Below, one piece after another: positions 1 through 12,640 of a stretch of DNA of 64,000 bases (position 1 is the first letter of the stretch; each line of letters begins with the position of its first letter). Below the pieces are notes generated by a model. That model saw nothing but the letters and a program-made list of their open reading frames with translations. It searched no databases and was not told the origin of the DNA. Source of the stretch: Hydrolagus colliei (Eukaryota); the NCBI GenBank assembly GCA_035084275.1, contig CM068749.1, forward strand, positions 8,122,001 through 8,186,000. Reading direction: 5' to 3'. The position numbers and the translations under genes were made by a program.

Positions 1-58
1 TGGGATGTCCTTCCGACGTGAAAGCCACCTCATAAATGTAGTTTTGTTGTTGTTGTTG
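1..58 (+). mobile_element. L2 LINE 3' tail fragment ending in (TTG)n
   Basis: gggatgtccttccgacgtgaaagcc...ataaatgtagttttgttgttgttg, the same tail as the L2 copy ending at 20669. Similar tail-only pieces lie near 11480, 21715, 22930 and 24200 (+) and 37570, 43607, 47155 and 54567 (-). Confidence 0.7.
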
Positions 59-3000
59 CTGCTTGTCAGTCGCTCTCACTTAGGCAAAATAGCACTGCAA
101 CAAGAGGTCTGGTCACTGGCACATATTCAGCTTTGACTGGTATGCAACTTCACCCAGTGGGACAAATAATTTGTTGGTGGGTTGAATCCTAATCAATTTA
201 TCTGAAAACACTGTGCTTTTCATGGCACATTTGATCAATTTCCATCTGTAAAACAAAGGCCAACTTGCTGATTCTTGTTGCTCATTTCGCTTAAACAGTG
301 ATCCTGAATTCTCACTGCAAACAAAACTCTAACAAATAGTTAACAACAGCTTGAAATGAAACATATGCTGTCACTCTAAGAGATATTTGGCCTGAGCGTA
401 GATATTAGCCAATATCTCGTGCTGTGCTAGAATCAATATTTGTTGATGCAGTGAGTGTGAATGGTGAGTGCTTTAGTCCATTGGAACTGTACATGGTGTG
501 AGTGAGCAGTGCTTTGAGTGGGAATCATCCAACAATGGTATTCAGCTTATTAATCAAAAGCGTTGTTCAAGATTATAAAGTCGCTGTTTCAGACCCTTGA
601 AGCCCTCTGGCAAGTATAGCAGTATACAGTATGATCCATTGTAATTCTATGCAAGAGTGAATGCGAAGTAGAGGGAATCCCTGTACAGTGGGAGTGAGTA
701 AATGGGTGTATTTTTTTCAACTGTAATCCTATACAACAGGGAAGGGGATGAAGGGGAAATGGTTTGGGATGTTTGCAGTTTTATGATATGGGCCAGTGCA
801 ATCTTATCCAGAGGAATTTGAGCAGAGTAGGTCTGCTGGATTCAAATACACATTAATATGGAGCTGGTCTAAAGGAAGATCATGGTCACCTACTTTCAGT
901 TCCTAATCATAATAATGCAGTTTGGCATCAACACATTTCACTGTTCTGTACCAGCTCTGCTGCTTTGAGGACAGAATAGTGAAGAGCAGTAACAACAACC
1001 AACAAACATACATTCATATTTGCAAAATGCTCAGTATTTGGTAGCAAAAATAATTGATGCATGCTCATCAGCAAACTCAATAAACAGACACCTTCTTATC
1101 TACTATTGCCTAAATATACATACAAAGCGGACTTTCTAAATGTCAGTGTGTGTTTGATGTGCACTAGAGAAACAAGCCAGATACTATATCGAAATGTAAG
1201 CATTCGCTGTCTACTTTTTCCTCATTCTCCAATAAAACCCAAACCTTCTTACAGCAAAGGACAGTGCAAGCCATCGTACTGTCAAGTGCCATTGAAAGCA
1301 TGAGTCACAACTCCAGTGCTATTAACAACAGTAAAGGCAATGATCAGCACTGGGGCCAAGATTAATGTCGTCAGGTGAACGGCTGCAATTAAATTGTCCA
1401 GCTTCAAATTAGCATTGAATTTACTGAATTTGGCTTTCGTCCATGGAGCTGTAAGGCTGCTGTCATTGTCATTCCAGTCCCTAATATGTACGTTTCTGTC
1501 CCATTCTGACAATATATTTGACTGCCGACCACGTGATTAGGCTGCCCAGGTCAATACTGATTGAAGTTGGAAGCTTGCCTTGCATCCTTAACCAATAGCG
1601 TAGAATCCCGATGGAACATTTGCCAAGGAACACAATGGCTAGTTAATGGCGAAACTTCAAAATGAAAAGAGGAACATTTTGAGTCCATTGAGTCCATTTA
1701 ACTGTTTATTTCATAACTAATACATAAAGTACTGAATTCTAAAAACAAACTGAAGTTACATATCTTGACTTATTTATTTTCAAAAGATTAGGCATTTTGG
1801 ATTTACTCTACCATCAAGTCAACGAATGGTTGATAGATGATGTGAGGAATATTAAATATAAATTAATGAATCTTCATCAGATGATAACTCTGAAAACATG
1901 TTTTTTGTAATCAATTTAGTGAGGAAAAAAATTAAAAACAGGACTTTACCTTTCATGCAGAAAAATGACACATTACTTCAATCCCTCAACTAATATACAC
2001 TGCACTTTTACTGCACAGCACCAAAATTAATTGTTAAAAAATGCTATTTTAACCCTTCCTCAGATGTTTGAGGCACTCTCACCTGTCTGCACAATTTTGG
2101 ACCATCACATTGAAGTGGAGACTTATGTAAAAGTGTTTAAGATGTAAAATCCAAACACTATGTTGATATCTCTTTTGCCACCAAATGATGGCACTGTTTG
2201 TGTTTAATGTTTCAAAGTCAAGCACCAATTTCTGACTGCATATTTTTCAAACGTTCTGTGTCAAGCGTTCTGTGATGCTAAACATCCACAGTAATTCCAC
2301 AACCAAATAAGATATGGCACAGTGATTTGGCGTTACATAATACATTCAGTGTAATGATTCACATTGAATCTGTAATGCACTGTTACATTTTTACCCCAAG
2401 ACCTTTTGCTTCAAAAATCAGGAACAAGCTTTTGGGGGTGTTGTGCAGGATGGGAATTCATTATTTGAAAATGCCATTTTCTCACCTATTGCTTCCCATT
2501 TTGCTGTTTCGCATCATTTTCCTGTCAACTTGTATTATTGAGAAAGGGTTTGGTGTTGGCAGTTTTTGTGTCAGATCATTGTGCCTTCCCTCAAAACCCT
2601 CAGGTCAGCAAGTTTGATTACCATCTTAAAGTGATATTCAAACATTATTGAGTGAGTTCTTAGCAGTGCAGCCCTGGGATAAGCATATTGATCAGATTGA
2701 CCCAAGCCATACCCAACTATACTGCATTTTCTGTTGGCCACATGGTCTTGGAGGAAATCTATAACCAGGGCCTTTCCTAAATTCACATCAAGAGGAGACA
2801 GTGTGAAGTGGTGGCTGAAATATTGCAAGTCGATTTTTTTAATAGTATGTAATTATAAAGACTATGTTTCAGCAATACACAATACCATAAATTGATCACC
2901 TACCCCCGTGTCCAAATCTGATTTAGGACTTAATCTCAGTTGCATTGCATGGAGACTGCCTCACCCAAATTAAAGGGAGTGAGGTCCAAAGGGCTGGCAA

Positions 3001-3134
3001 TGACTGACTATGACTGCTCACACTAGCAGCAAAGATCTGCAAGTATCTTTTCCAGCAATCTGTTCAGTATCGGAAAGGTTTTGGTACAGAGGGAAGCAAC
3101 GCAGTTGAGTAGAATCTGAGTATAATCCGTAGAA

Positions 3135-3420
3135 TTCTCACAATGGCTCAGTGAATTTATTCAGTGAGTGATCCAGATTAAAAAATGTCAAGTTTGATCC
3201 CTGATGTCAGTACTAGAGCATTGGCCCTGGTGTCATTGGAAAATAAGAGTAACATATCGATAAAGGACTTCCTACTCCCAATAGCCATCCAGAAACCCCC
3301 TGTTTGAAGGAAGGTAGATCTGTAGGCCAGGTGAGCTCAGTATTGGGCTAATATGACACAAACAATTGATTTGCTTATCCACACTCACTGTCAAGCCATG
3401 AATGAATGCTTGGGTAGGAC
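3135..3420 (+). mobile_element. Old SINE-like repeat, diverged copy
   Basis: A-box-like tggctcagtg and B-box-like gtttgatccc. Shares ordered blocks (ttggcc..gtgtc, acactcact(g/a)tcaag, tgaat..atg) with 26740-27010. Confidence 0.5.
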
Positions 3421-4250
3421 TTGTTAATGACTGAGTAGTCTCAGATGCCACTTACAAGTCACCTGAAACTTGTACACCTACAGGAAGCAAAGATATTTAG
3501 AAGAGAGAGGATGGGAGAGTATGGGTAGAAAAAAATGCTTGCAAGTAGAAACTTTGCCAACCAATAGGGAAATAAAACCCTCAGTGGAACACAGTAGAAA
3601 AGCAGAAACAGAAGGACACCATTCAGCCCATCGAGACTATTCCACCAGTTTATTATATCTCGGAGATGTTTCATTTCAAATGCCTCAAAATCCCTTTTGC
3701 CACGTCCATTTATACCACTACTACCTGCAAGCAATACGGGAGAATACAGCTATACTTGAGCAAAAGTAGTCTGAGATGCTACGTAGAGTACACTACCCAG
3801 TGTGGTTCTTATCAGATAACCATTTGATACTTGTCAATTCTGAGTCTCCTTGTGCACTTTTGAAGGAAATAATTCTTATGTTTGACTGTGGTCGGTGAAT
3901 GACTCACATTTTCTGAGGTGTGTCTGCGTTGACAAAATATCTTTCACCTGCTGCACATTTCAATGGTCTCCTACTGTACGGGGAGCCCCCCTATACATCA
4001 TCGGTCTCATACGTACTCATTGTTTCAGATTATTACCATTTGTAAATTTTGTACAGCTTGAAAGTGGAGTAATGTTTGCGGGATTTCGTTTCACTGTAAC
4101 TATTTATTGCCATGTGTCTTTGCAAAAACAAAGTGGTGGTTTTATTTGTATATTTGCCTCCTGTGAACTCGGCATGAAACCTGTAAAATAAGTCGACATA
4201 AAATAAACTTCAAAAAGTGGAGTCTGTGGGTCTGTGAAATAATAGCAATC

Positions 4251-4428
4251 ATTTGGTCACTCATCCATGATGGTTTATGGGACAATGCTGTGCATAATCG
4301 GCTGCCATGTTTCACCCACAAAATATACAGTCAATTTACTGTATATTCTGTATATTCTGTGAAGAGTTTTGACACATCTCAACAATATGATAAGGTGGTA
4401 TATCACTTGGCAAAGGTTATTATTATTA
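4251..4428 (+). mobile_element. Deu-type SINE 3' half
   Basis: tggtcactca...tgggacaatgctgtgca...ggctgccatgtttcacccacaaaat...tgtgaagagttttgacac...ttattattatta. Similar tails at about 5455-5568 and 6040-6196. Confidence 0.8.
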
Positions 4429-5689
4429 TGCTTAAAGAATCTACATCAAAACTGACACACTGATACACGAGCACACAATAGCACCCACTTGTTGCATTAA
4501 GTTCCAGTTACTCTAACAAAAATCGGCCAATGGAAGGAATGAGGGGATTTTGCATTCATTGTTTCATGGAAATACAACATCAGGATCAGAGAACCACATA
4601 AAAACTGTTTTTGTACAACACTCTTCAAGAAAGAAACATGTGGCACTCAAAAGACATCAATGAGTTTTTTTTTTCTCGCAATTAGCAGGACAAGACTAGA
4701 ATTTCCGGGCATATGGACATCCGTGGAATAACCCATTGCACATAGAGTATTATTTCATTTTCAGTAGTTAATACCTTCGTATTAAAGAGATTGTAATGAG
4801 TGGATTGAGGCAGCTTTTGCTTTGCTGTATTTAACAAATATGCAGCAAGCACTTTGCTTATATTTGGTTAAGGACAAAGCAATGTTTTAACATTATTTAG
4901 TAGGTTGTTTAGACAGGTTTTTGGAGAATAAAGCAGATTAAGAGATTTACAAGTGTCTTTGACTCTGAGCCAGCTCTTCCAAATGGTCACAAAGCTGTAA
5001 CACATCCTGGAGTGCTCTCAGCAACCAGGAAATTGCAGTTAATCAGAACTGGCTTGGGGACAGTTTATTGAGCTATATATTTTTTTCAAATTGAGTTGAT
5101 TCAAATTAATCTTACATATGCCTCCTCTTCCTCATACCCAAACTAACCCTTATCCGTTTTAAGCTTGTGATGAACTTTTCAAACACTCTTGTCCTCTCAT
5201 ACACTTTATATCTGGGGACAGGAAATGCGCAAGGCTTATTAGCAATTCACAGCTAGTGCACAATTGTAACAAGACCAACTGCAAGATTATGAGAAAGATT
5301 CAGCTGAAGAAAGCCCTTTGATCCATTTGATCTCATTCAATCAAAAAGGAATAAAATGACAGAACGTGATAGCACAGAAACAGGCTTTTGTGACCATCCA
5401 CTCTGCAATTGTCTTTAACCCAGGTGATTAATTCCCATTCTCCTACTCACTCCTACTTCGCCCACAAATATAAAGTGAATTCACTTTATAGTGTATTCTG
5501 TGAAGTGCTTTGAGATGTCTAGAAGACATAAAGAGTGCTATATCAAATTCAAGGATTATTATTATTTATTTACTCCCTATTAACACAGAGAACTCCTTAA
5601 AGCGCTGAATCAAATATAACGATTGTTATTATTATGCTTAGGATTCCTCCATAACCTGTCATCAAGGATATGGCAATACACCTGGGGAT

Positions 5690-5970
5690 GAATATAATGG
5701 AAGGATGAGTAAACTGGAGTTAGATTCGTTTGAGTTTAGCTGGTCGAGAGTTTATCTGACTGAGATCTTATTAATAAAGTAAATGGTGACTTTACTTTAC
5801 TAATGGTGACGTCACTCTAGTTGGGGTATCTGAGACGAGAGGACATAACCTTGAAATCAGACCTAAATCCAGCAAAAATATCTGTGGAAAAAAAATTGCA
5901 AGAATGTGTAACAGACTTCCTCAGAAGGCTGGAGATAGTGTTGACTGAGGTATTCAAATGAGCGATAGGT
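5690..5970 (+). mobile_element. Decayed CR1 LINE ORF2 3' end
   Basis: Traces of KLELDSFE...LTE, LVGVSETRGHNLEIR and LPQKA, co-linear with the young CR1 at 63.7-64 kb. Confidence 0.6.
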
Positions 5971-6504
5971 AAGCAGGTTCACATACAAACACATTGCATT
6001 TCATAGTAAAATTGGTGAAGCACTTCTGAGACTTTTTGATGTGGCTGTTTGTGGGATATTGCTGTGCACACAACTCGCTGCCACGTTTCACCCAGGAAAA
6101 TACAGTCACTCCACTTTACAGGATATCCTCTGAAGCACTTTGAGATTTCTCAACAACATAAAGTGGTGTAACAAATCCAAGGAACATTATTATTATAGAT
6201 TGGTACTTAAATAGAATTAGATAGAAAATGACAACATGGAAACAGGTCATTTGGCTTAGCCAGACCTTTCTGGTGTTTATACTTCCTCTCTTCCCTACCT
6301 GTCTATTCCCTCAGGAATGCCTTAATGAATATTTACTTGGTAAGGTGTGGAAATAGAATTAATTAGAGTAACGGTACCTGCAACATAGATGACCTATTCC
6401 TAGATAAGTATGCCCCGAGATTAGAAATATGTTGCAAAAAACTTACCATGCAGTATTCCAGTGAAACTCAAGACACTGCCAGCTCATTTCTTGGTTTGCC
6501 AAGT

Positions 6505-6815
6505 TAAAGGGGCATCCATTTTTAAGCTGATCATTAAGCTGAGGTTCCTTCTGTGTTCAGGTGGATGTTAAAGATCCCACAGTACTATCCAAAAAGAGAA
6601 GGGAGTTTCTCCAGATATCCTGGCCAACTATCCTCTGACAAACAAAATTAGTCACTCACTCCAGGGTTGGTTATGGGATATTGCTGTGCACAATTTACTG
6701 CCACGTTTCACCCACAAAATACACAGTCACTCCACTTTACAGACTATCCTCTGAAACACTCTGAGATGTCTCAACAACATGATAAGGAGCTATATCAAAT
6801 GCATGGATTATTATG
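6505..6815 (+). mobile_element. Long-form DeuSINE (SacSINE1/AmnSINE1-like) body and tail
   Basis: caggtggatgttaaagatcccacagtactat...gaagggagtttctcc...tcctggccaa matches the recalled Deu-domain core and is followed by the shared L2-like tail. Confidence 0.8.
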
Positions 6816-7739
6816 ATAAATGCACTGGAAAATGTAGATAGGTTTAACTGGTTAGCAGTGAAACATTTAATTTATCCTTTTGCTTTGTGCCAGATGTGCT
6901 GGGGATGATCATGACATTCATTTGGCCTCAAAGCCTACACCAAAGCCATTGAAATGGCAATGGTCCATCTAAGTAATCGTCATGTCAATTGTGGGCACAA
7001 ACAAAGCGCAGAACATTAAATCATCTAACACCAGTTTCAGTTGCCGTGCTGTAGTAATGTGTGTGCTAGGAAGGGACATGCAGAAATTATCTTGCCTAAA
7101 TCTCCTCATAAAGCTTCCCACAAAGAGTCGCTTGATTGGCAAACCATTTCTGTTCCTCAAACGACTGCTGTATTTTACTGCTTGTAAAATAAAAAGCCCA
7201 CATTCCGTAAAAGTCCATATGTAGATTAGGATAACTGCAGATGCCACAGAAATGCCTCTTTTCAACCGATACTAGGTGCCTTTTTACTGTGATGAATCAC
7301 AGGCTTCCTGGAATGAAGCGACAACAGGCTGGCTAGTCTTGCAAGTCTTCCAAGCCCAGTCAGGTACAGCTAAAAACAACACTAGTTGTAAAACGTTGCC
7401 TGGATGATGGTGGAACGTGTGCCTGTGTTGCAGCTCAGTTTCAGAAGCTTCTTTGATCTCTGAGTTTCTGCAGACAGAAAATTAGCATATCTTTGGAGAC
7501 CTATCACAGAATGATTTTGACTAAATGAAGTTGCAGCCCAAGCCTTGTTATCCAGTGAGTAAATGCCTGCTCGACACAGTTCCAATAAAGTGCTTCAATC
7601 ACCAATGCAGAAGGACATTTCTGAATTCAGAAGGATAGATGGTAAAGGAAGTGGACGTCTGACTACTCCATTTCCTTTAACATTTATCCTTCTGACATCT
7701 CCGAGCATGACTGTCCAATTAATGGGAATTATACCTGAA

Positions 7740-7890
7740 TTATATAAAGTTGAGTGCTTGTGGCCTCAAATGTCAAAAGTCCTCTGCAGAGCTTGTTGAG
7801 GCAGGGTGGAAAGAGCTTTACCCTGCATTTAACCTGTACTGTTCCTGACCTAGAGGTGCGAGGTGCTGACACTGGGCATGAAAAGTGGAA
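7740..7890 (+). mobile_element. Possible 3' fragment of an LF-SINE-like ancient repeat
   Basis: gttgaggca...gagctttaccctgcatttaacctgtactgttcctgacct resembles recalled LF-SINE/shark repeat 3' sequence. Recall only, not aligned. Confidence 0.3.
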
Positions 7891-8189
7891 GGGAAGAAAC
7901 CTATTCACAAGAACTGCTATCTTTGGTGTTGAAAAATGTGAACTAAAATAATAAAATTCTGTACATTTGATATGCTTTTCATGTCAGAAATAAGTCTCAA
8001 AACACTTTAAAGGGCACAGTGTGTCTTTTGTAGGTGAACTATTTACGTTGCAGTTCACATTTTCACGATGGGCAAAACTTAAACCGGATGGGATTGATAC
8101 ATACAATTTGTTGTTAATGTTCCCAAATTGTCACGCAGAAGCACGAGAATAAACCCTACCGATGACCAACATAGTAAATCTTAACTGCT

Positions 8190-8560
8190 CAGTTTGAGCG
8201 ATTTCATTCAATTTTTTTTATTTTGCCAATTATTTATTATGCTGTTAATACATTACTCCAGCGGAATTGATTGGCAAGGTAGCAGGTGTAAAGCACTTTA
8301 TGGCACCATTAACGGACAGGAAATAGATTTTAAAAATGAAAAATCCCCTCATCAATCTGACGGAAATGTACATCTTGACTCTAATTTAAAATTTGGAAAC
8401 AATGTGTTTACTGCACTTTGTAATAAACAATGCCATTTCTGATGGGAAGAGTGCACGTGCTGATTTACTGAGTGCAAGGAAGGCAATTTCATCCAGCATC
8501 ATTATGGGTAAGGCAACAGTGCTGACTCGGCCAGGATCACAGGAATATTTAACATGACAG
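8190..8560. promoter_or_regulatory. Candidate conserved non-coding enhancer
   Basis: Repeat-free block with TGATTGGC (8268), CAGGTG (8283), TTTATGGC (8297), AACAATG twice, TGTTTAC (8405), CACGTG (8454) and TGATTTAC (8461). Conservation untested. Confidence 0.45.
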
Positions 8561-9639
8561 GAAGGTACCCGTGCCTTTTCAACCTTATTATTAGTATTAT
8601 TATTCTATTGGTAAAAAAACATAAAACTACAAATGCAACAATTTATTATAAGGAGTTATAATGGAGCAATGGGTGATCACAACGCAACTTTCCAAAGACA
8701 CTTCTTTCTGAGTAATTTGGCCAAGTAAGTCCGAAAGAATAGTAAATGTTGAAAGGATTCCTATGTACCTGATGAGCGTACGCCGAACAGTATTACGTAA
8801 GTGTGGAACACAGCATTTGCCTAGTCATGTTGCCCACAAAATAATAATAATTCTTGCATTTGATAATACAGTCAACTCACTTTACAGTATATTCTGTGAA
8901 GTGCTTTGAGGCGTCTCTATGATGTGATAAGGATTATATTTATTATTTATACAACATCAACTAGATGTTTTTGGGACCAGAATGTAGCTGGTACATTGTC
9001 AAGAGTGAAAGTTGAAACCAGAATAAATTACGTGTTTTGATATTAACTGGTTTTAAAAATATTTAATATTTCCTAGTGATGATTTCCCAGATGAATCTAC
9101 AGTGCATATACAGCAATTTTAATTTAATCCAAAGATTTCTCACTTCAGCAATCATTGTGACTACGACTGAACCCTTGGAGACTGTATATACGGTCTGATG
9201 CTTTTTAATGAGTGGAAATTCTCATCCTTGTAAGTGCTAAACTGTTAGTAATGAAATTAAATTTATTTGAAGCCCAAATAATTGTGTTAATCATGGCAAA
9301 TAAATTGTAACAGTAGACGTTGTGATGTTTATATCTGTTGCTCGAATCAACGGTTATTGCTATTAAAGGGAAGAAATGGGCAATATATTTTTTCGTGTGG
9401 CAAACATGGGGTTCGGAGGTTGTGAATGGGACGAGCTGGGTTAAAAGGATCATCCGTTTCCTAGAATTTGGCCATCCAAAATAGAACCACAAAACAAAAA
9501 AGGTTATAAACCACACGTTGATCACTTGAAATTCAATGGAAATTGGTGCATCTTCTGTACGTACACTTGTCAGCCTGGCAAGATTGGTAGAAAGCACTTG
9601 TAATTCTGGGACAGAAGCTATAAAATAGGTGGAATTCCT

Positions 9640-10030
9640 ACATTTTGAGCTCAGTGTTTCACGTGGACAGTCCAGTGCAGCATTGTGGAAACACTACACT
9701 GCCAGAGGTGCCATCCTTTGAATGACACGTTAAAATTGAAGTCTGCCTCTTGAGTTGGCCACTAAAGATCCAATGACACTATTCACACTCATAAAGTTTC
9801 TCATTCAGAAACAGAAGAGAGTGGCTCCTGGTGTTATGGTATGACAATCTTTCAGTACAATTGGTCATTCAACCCCTGGCTGTTCGTGGGACATTGCAGT
9901 GTACAAATCGGCTGCCAGGTTTGCCTACAACTACAGAGTCACTAAATTTAACAGTAACAGTAATTACTGTAAAGTGCTTTGAGACATTTTGAAATTATGA
10001 GTGCTATATTGAATACAATGATTATTACAT
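9640..10030 (+). mobile_element. Long-form DeuSINE, diverged
   Basis: ccagtgcag...agaggtgccatcctttgaatgacacgttaaa...taaagatcc...gctgttcgtgggacattgcagtgtacaaatcggctgcc followed by the tail. Confidence 0.75.
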
Positions 10031-10831
10031 TAAAGCACTAATTGTCATGTTATTTCACAAAGTTCAAACCCACCGTAGCAAAGTCACCACTAGGTTACAT
10101 TAGATAATCTCTAGCACCAGCAAGCAAAACCTTTGGAGCACAATTTGATCTAAGAAATAAAATTAAATGAATATGATATAAAATGGGCACATATCCTGTA
10201 TCAGGTGATTTATATACTGTCTCTTCAACTCTACTTAGCCTTTGCCTTTCAGTCTCCTTGGTTGTGTTGCCGAGCTAGCGTGTGATATAAGAGCTGGTAG
10301 CCTCACCTCAGTTTCTCTCTGCCTTATTACTGATGGTTACTAGAGCGCACTGGCCTAAATTTTTGCAACCTCAGCAGAATCACAGCTCCTCCAGCAGGTT
10401 AGAGTCACCTTGAAAATAGGGACTCAGCTGACACAGCTCTCAGAGGCACAGGTACAATAGGCCATTTTTAGTTAGTGTTTAAGTGCAGTGTCGACTGGTG
10501 CTGATGATGGGACGATATGACACAGGGTTTACCTACAGCTGTGGTGGCCAACTCATGGCCGTCAAAAAGTGGTGCATTCACACTAGTATAGGTGGGTTTG
10601 ATTTAAATCAATGTTTTGTTGCCATTTTTTCTTGATTGAATATTTCTTGATTTTCATGGCATATCAAATGCAAGGATTATTTTAATATTGACCTAATCCA
10701 TAGTAGCAGTGTATCCCCAAATGATATCAAAAAGGGACTTCATCACAAGTTTTGTTATTTGGAAAATGGTTCCTGCTTTTTGCACATGGTCACAGTGGCA
10801 GAGAGTAGTATTGCTAGTTAGCTTTAGACAA

Positions 10832-11465
10832 ATAAATAATAATCTTTGCATTGGAGTCCTGTAGCTCAGTGGTTAGAGCACTCGCCTCACAAGCGAGCGA
10901 CCTGGGTTTGATTCCCAGCTGGGCAAAACCTTGGGCAAATTTCCTTACTCCACATGCCTGATAATAATCCCACAAGAAAAAAAACAATAATGAATTGGTC
11001 ATTTAATCCCGACTGTTTGTGGGACACTGCTGTGCATAGTTGACTGCGCGTTTGGCCCACAATATAAAGTCAATTAACTTTACAGTATATTCTGTGAAGC
11101 TCTTTGATATGCCTAGAAGGTGTGAAAAGCGATACACCAAATTCAAGGATTATTATTATTTGAGATCGTGCCTCATCATGTTGTTGAGACATCTTAAATC
11201 ACGTCGCGAAATATACTGTAGAGTGAAATTACTACATATTTTATGCACAAAACTCACCAGCCAATTGAGTGAATTTTTTTTGAAAGGATTATTACCCCGG
11301 AAATCAACTAACAACTGGGTTCCTACTACCAGGTAAACAACAACTCGCATTTATATAGTGTCCCTCCTATGGGGCATGTAGAAGGAGGCATATGGAGTAA
11401 GGACACTTGCCTAGTGTTTCACACTGCCTGGGAATCGAACTGGGTTACCTCGCTTGCAAGGCAAG
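10832..11465 (-). mobile_element. Older intermediate-form SINE split by the 10853-11160 insertion
   Basis: Tail aataataatctttgcatt (10832-10852) resumes at 11161 (tgagatcgtgcc...). The extra block ggattattaccccgg...ggttcctact lies at about 11285-11335 and the tRNA head at about 11385-11465. Confidence 0.7.
10853..11160 (+). mobile_element. Full-length short-form tRNA-derived SINE (about 310 nt)
   Basis: Head ggagtcctgtagctcagtggttagagca with A-box (10862-10872), anticodon-like stem ctcgc/gcgag and B-box ggtttgattcc (10905-10915), then Deu 3' part and (TTA)n tail. Closely similar to the copies at 25512, 32036 and 56288. Confidence 0.9.
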
Positions 11466-11649
11466 TGGTGTCATCCCCCTAACATGAAAGGCGCTATACA
11501 AGTGTAATTTTGTTGTTGTTAACAATATGCTACAAGATTCTAAATATTAAAATGGTCTTTTGGGAAATTAATTGTGAACTTGCAATGTAAGAATGAACAG
11601 AACAGAAAACCATTAGGATGCTTGTCTTTAAACTAATAAGTCGGACCAG

Positions 11650-11950
11650 AGTTCAATGAAGTGATGCACACACATTAGGCGGCAAATTCCAATTAAGCAC
11701 AACTTTGCAGAGATTCCCTTCCATTAATTTCCATTCAATTTCATTTATAAACAATTATTTCCAGCTGCAATGCACTTCAAAGATCAAAGGTGATTTCTTA
11801 GCTTTCTGTCCTGTGGGCTGCTCCATTAATCACCAACACGATAATATAATGTGCTAACACCTTATTCTTAAACTGTAAGAATCAGATGATATGATTCAGC
11901 CTTTCAGTACGCAAGCAATGATTATTTTAATGAGCTATCCCTCAACTATG
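11650..11950. promoter_or_regulatory. Candidate enhancer with TCF/LEF sites
   Basis: cttcaaAGATCAAAGG (11775-11790), CAATTA, CATTAAT twice and CAGCTG. Conservation untested. Confidence 0.4.
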
Positions 11951-12584
11951 AAAACAAGGTTGCTTTGCTTTAACTGCGATTGTGTTTTTGCCAGCTACTC
12001 AAGACGATTCTAAAGATGGTGTTATGTTAAAATCTCTGCTCTAAAGATTGCCTGTGGATTAAATGCCTCTACAAATCTGGTAAAAAAAAATCAACTCTGT
12101 CTGGTTTTATGCCGATTCACCTTCAACATTATCCCTTTTGTTGTTTACAACCTGAGAAACTCCACCAGTTTTTTGTCTTAGTCTTTTGTTTTCATTTTAA
12201 ACTATTCATATTTTAACCCTAAATCTGAAGCTGACTTTTACACTTATTTAAAAGATAATATTTTGTCCCCAAGACCTTTTTGCAAAGGTTCATATTTATT
12301 ACCTTAGGTGATTTTCTAATTGGCCACTTGCTGCAAAAAGAGAATGACTTGATTGTAATGACCCATCAGCAAGCACCTCACCTCGGGGCCAAGGAGATCC
12401 CACTTTCCTTCCTCTGAAAAGGTTAGTGGTTGGCAGGATGTTCAAGTCCCGAATTCCAACCATCATAGGACCCAATGAAGATTCTGCAACAAAATCACAT
12501 TTGTTTCCATTGAAACAGAAGGAAATGTTTAAAAGGATCAAGGTCAATCTCTTTGTAAGTTTGTGAGTATCTGCATTCCAGATA

Positions 12585-12640
12585 CAAACATAGGAACAGG
12601 AGTAGGCCATTCACCCCCTCAAGCCTGTTCCACCATTCTA
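12585..12640 (-). mobile_element. CR1 3' UTR terminus
   Basis: Reverse complement gaatggtggaacaggcttgagggggtgaatggcctactcctgttcctatgt, as recalled for chondrichthyan CR1 3' ends. Related ends near 3590-3650 and 6215-6285. Confidence 0.65.

Noticed and set aside
10853-10925. tRNA gene (also heads at 25512, 32323, 32598 and 56599)
   Set aside because: The A/B boxes and anticodon arm run directly into SINE body and tail, the acceptor stem does not close, and the anticodon varies between copies (CAC, CGC, TGC). These are SINE heads.
12303-12483. Possible extra minus-strand exon (ttttgttgcAG ... AAG|GTaata) within ORF 12299..12610
   Set aside because: It lies downstream of the ACBD6 stop, encodes no recognisable peptide and looks like decayed repeat. 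It would need RNA-seq support.
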